This document shows, one piece after another, positions 63,580 through 64,000 of a stretch of DNA of 64,000 bases. The notes below the pieces were generated by a model. The model ran no database searches and was not told the origin of the DNA. It saw nothing but the letters and a program-made list of their open reading frames with translations. Source of the DNA: Octopus bimaculoides (Eukaryota); contig NC_068981.1 in the NCBI RefSeq assembly GCF_001194135.2, positions 197,375,253-197,439,252 on the forward strand, in the 5' to 3' direction. The position numbers were made by a program, and so were the translations under genes. Every line of letters begins with the position of its first letter. The stretch's first letter is position 1.

Positions 63580-63795
63580 ATTCTGTTTGTTACAATTTGC
63601 AATAATTCAGTAAAAAAGAATATATTTTACAAAAGAAATAGAAAGGAAAACAAGCACCAATGCAGCACCAAGTGCTTCAACTGGCCGCACACCACAAGGT
63701 TGAACGGAACCTACCGAAGCAATCCAACACGTCCGCGGCATTACCATGGGGCGATGGCGTGGCTGAGGCGTTGGAGAAGCCAAACACCCTCAATT
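63580..63795 (-). mobile_element. Second CRE-clade 3' fragment
   Basis: Minus strand encodes EGVWLLQRLSHAIA / GNAADVL (frameshifted). The UTR aligns with 56640-56750. Confidence 0.7.
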
Positions 63796-64000
63796 AGCTG
63801 CGAAGATTTACATCTAATGATCTGTTAACAATTCTAAGATGATGTTTAATAAACATTAAAACTTTGAGAACGCTGAAGGATCAAAGCCGTCGTCGTCATC
63901 ATCATCATCATCATCAGCGTTAAGCGTTTGCAGGCGTAACTGTGTGATAAGAAGCTTGTTGCCCACCCACATGGTTCTGGGCTCAGTCCCACTGCTTAGC

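Overview
AT-rich, intron-like or intergenic eukaryotic sequence from a gapped draft assembly (about 15 N-runs), full of microsatellites. The repeat families look like those I recall from octopus (cephalopod) genomes; this is recall, not a search result. No intact protein-coding gene is supportable, and nearly all ORFs in the supplied track come from N-runs, microsatellites or degraded transposons. The window holds one intact tRNA-Gln(CTG) gene and dozens of copies of at least four tRNA-headed SINE families (labelled A, B, D, E here). It also holds a degraded RTE-type LINE with many 3' tails, a CR1/L2-type LINE, fragments of three restriction-like-endonuclease retrotransposon clades (R4/Dong, Hero, CRE), Penelope-like fragments, Tc1/mariner relics, MITEs and a Helitron 3' fragment. 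Three observations stand out. (1) A 475-bp solo LTR nested in a mariner relic carries a phased heat-shock-element array upstream of TATA, Inr and AATAAA. (2) A family of minimal hammerhead-ribozyme motifs has one intact copy and covarying stem II arms enclosing loops from 5 nt to about 420 nt. (3) Two unrelated small foldback elements carry TTAGGG repeats, and a copy of each sits in the 3' region of a CRE-like retroelement fragment.
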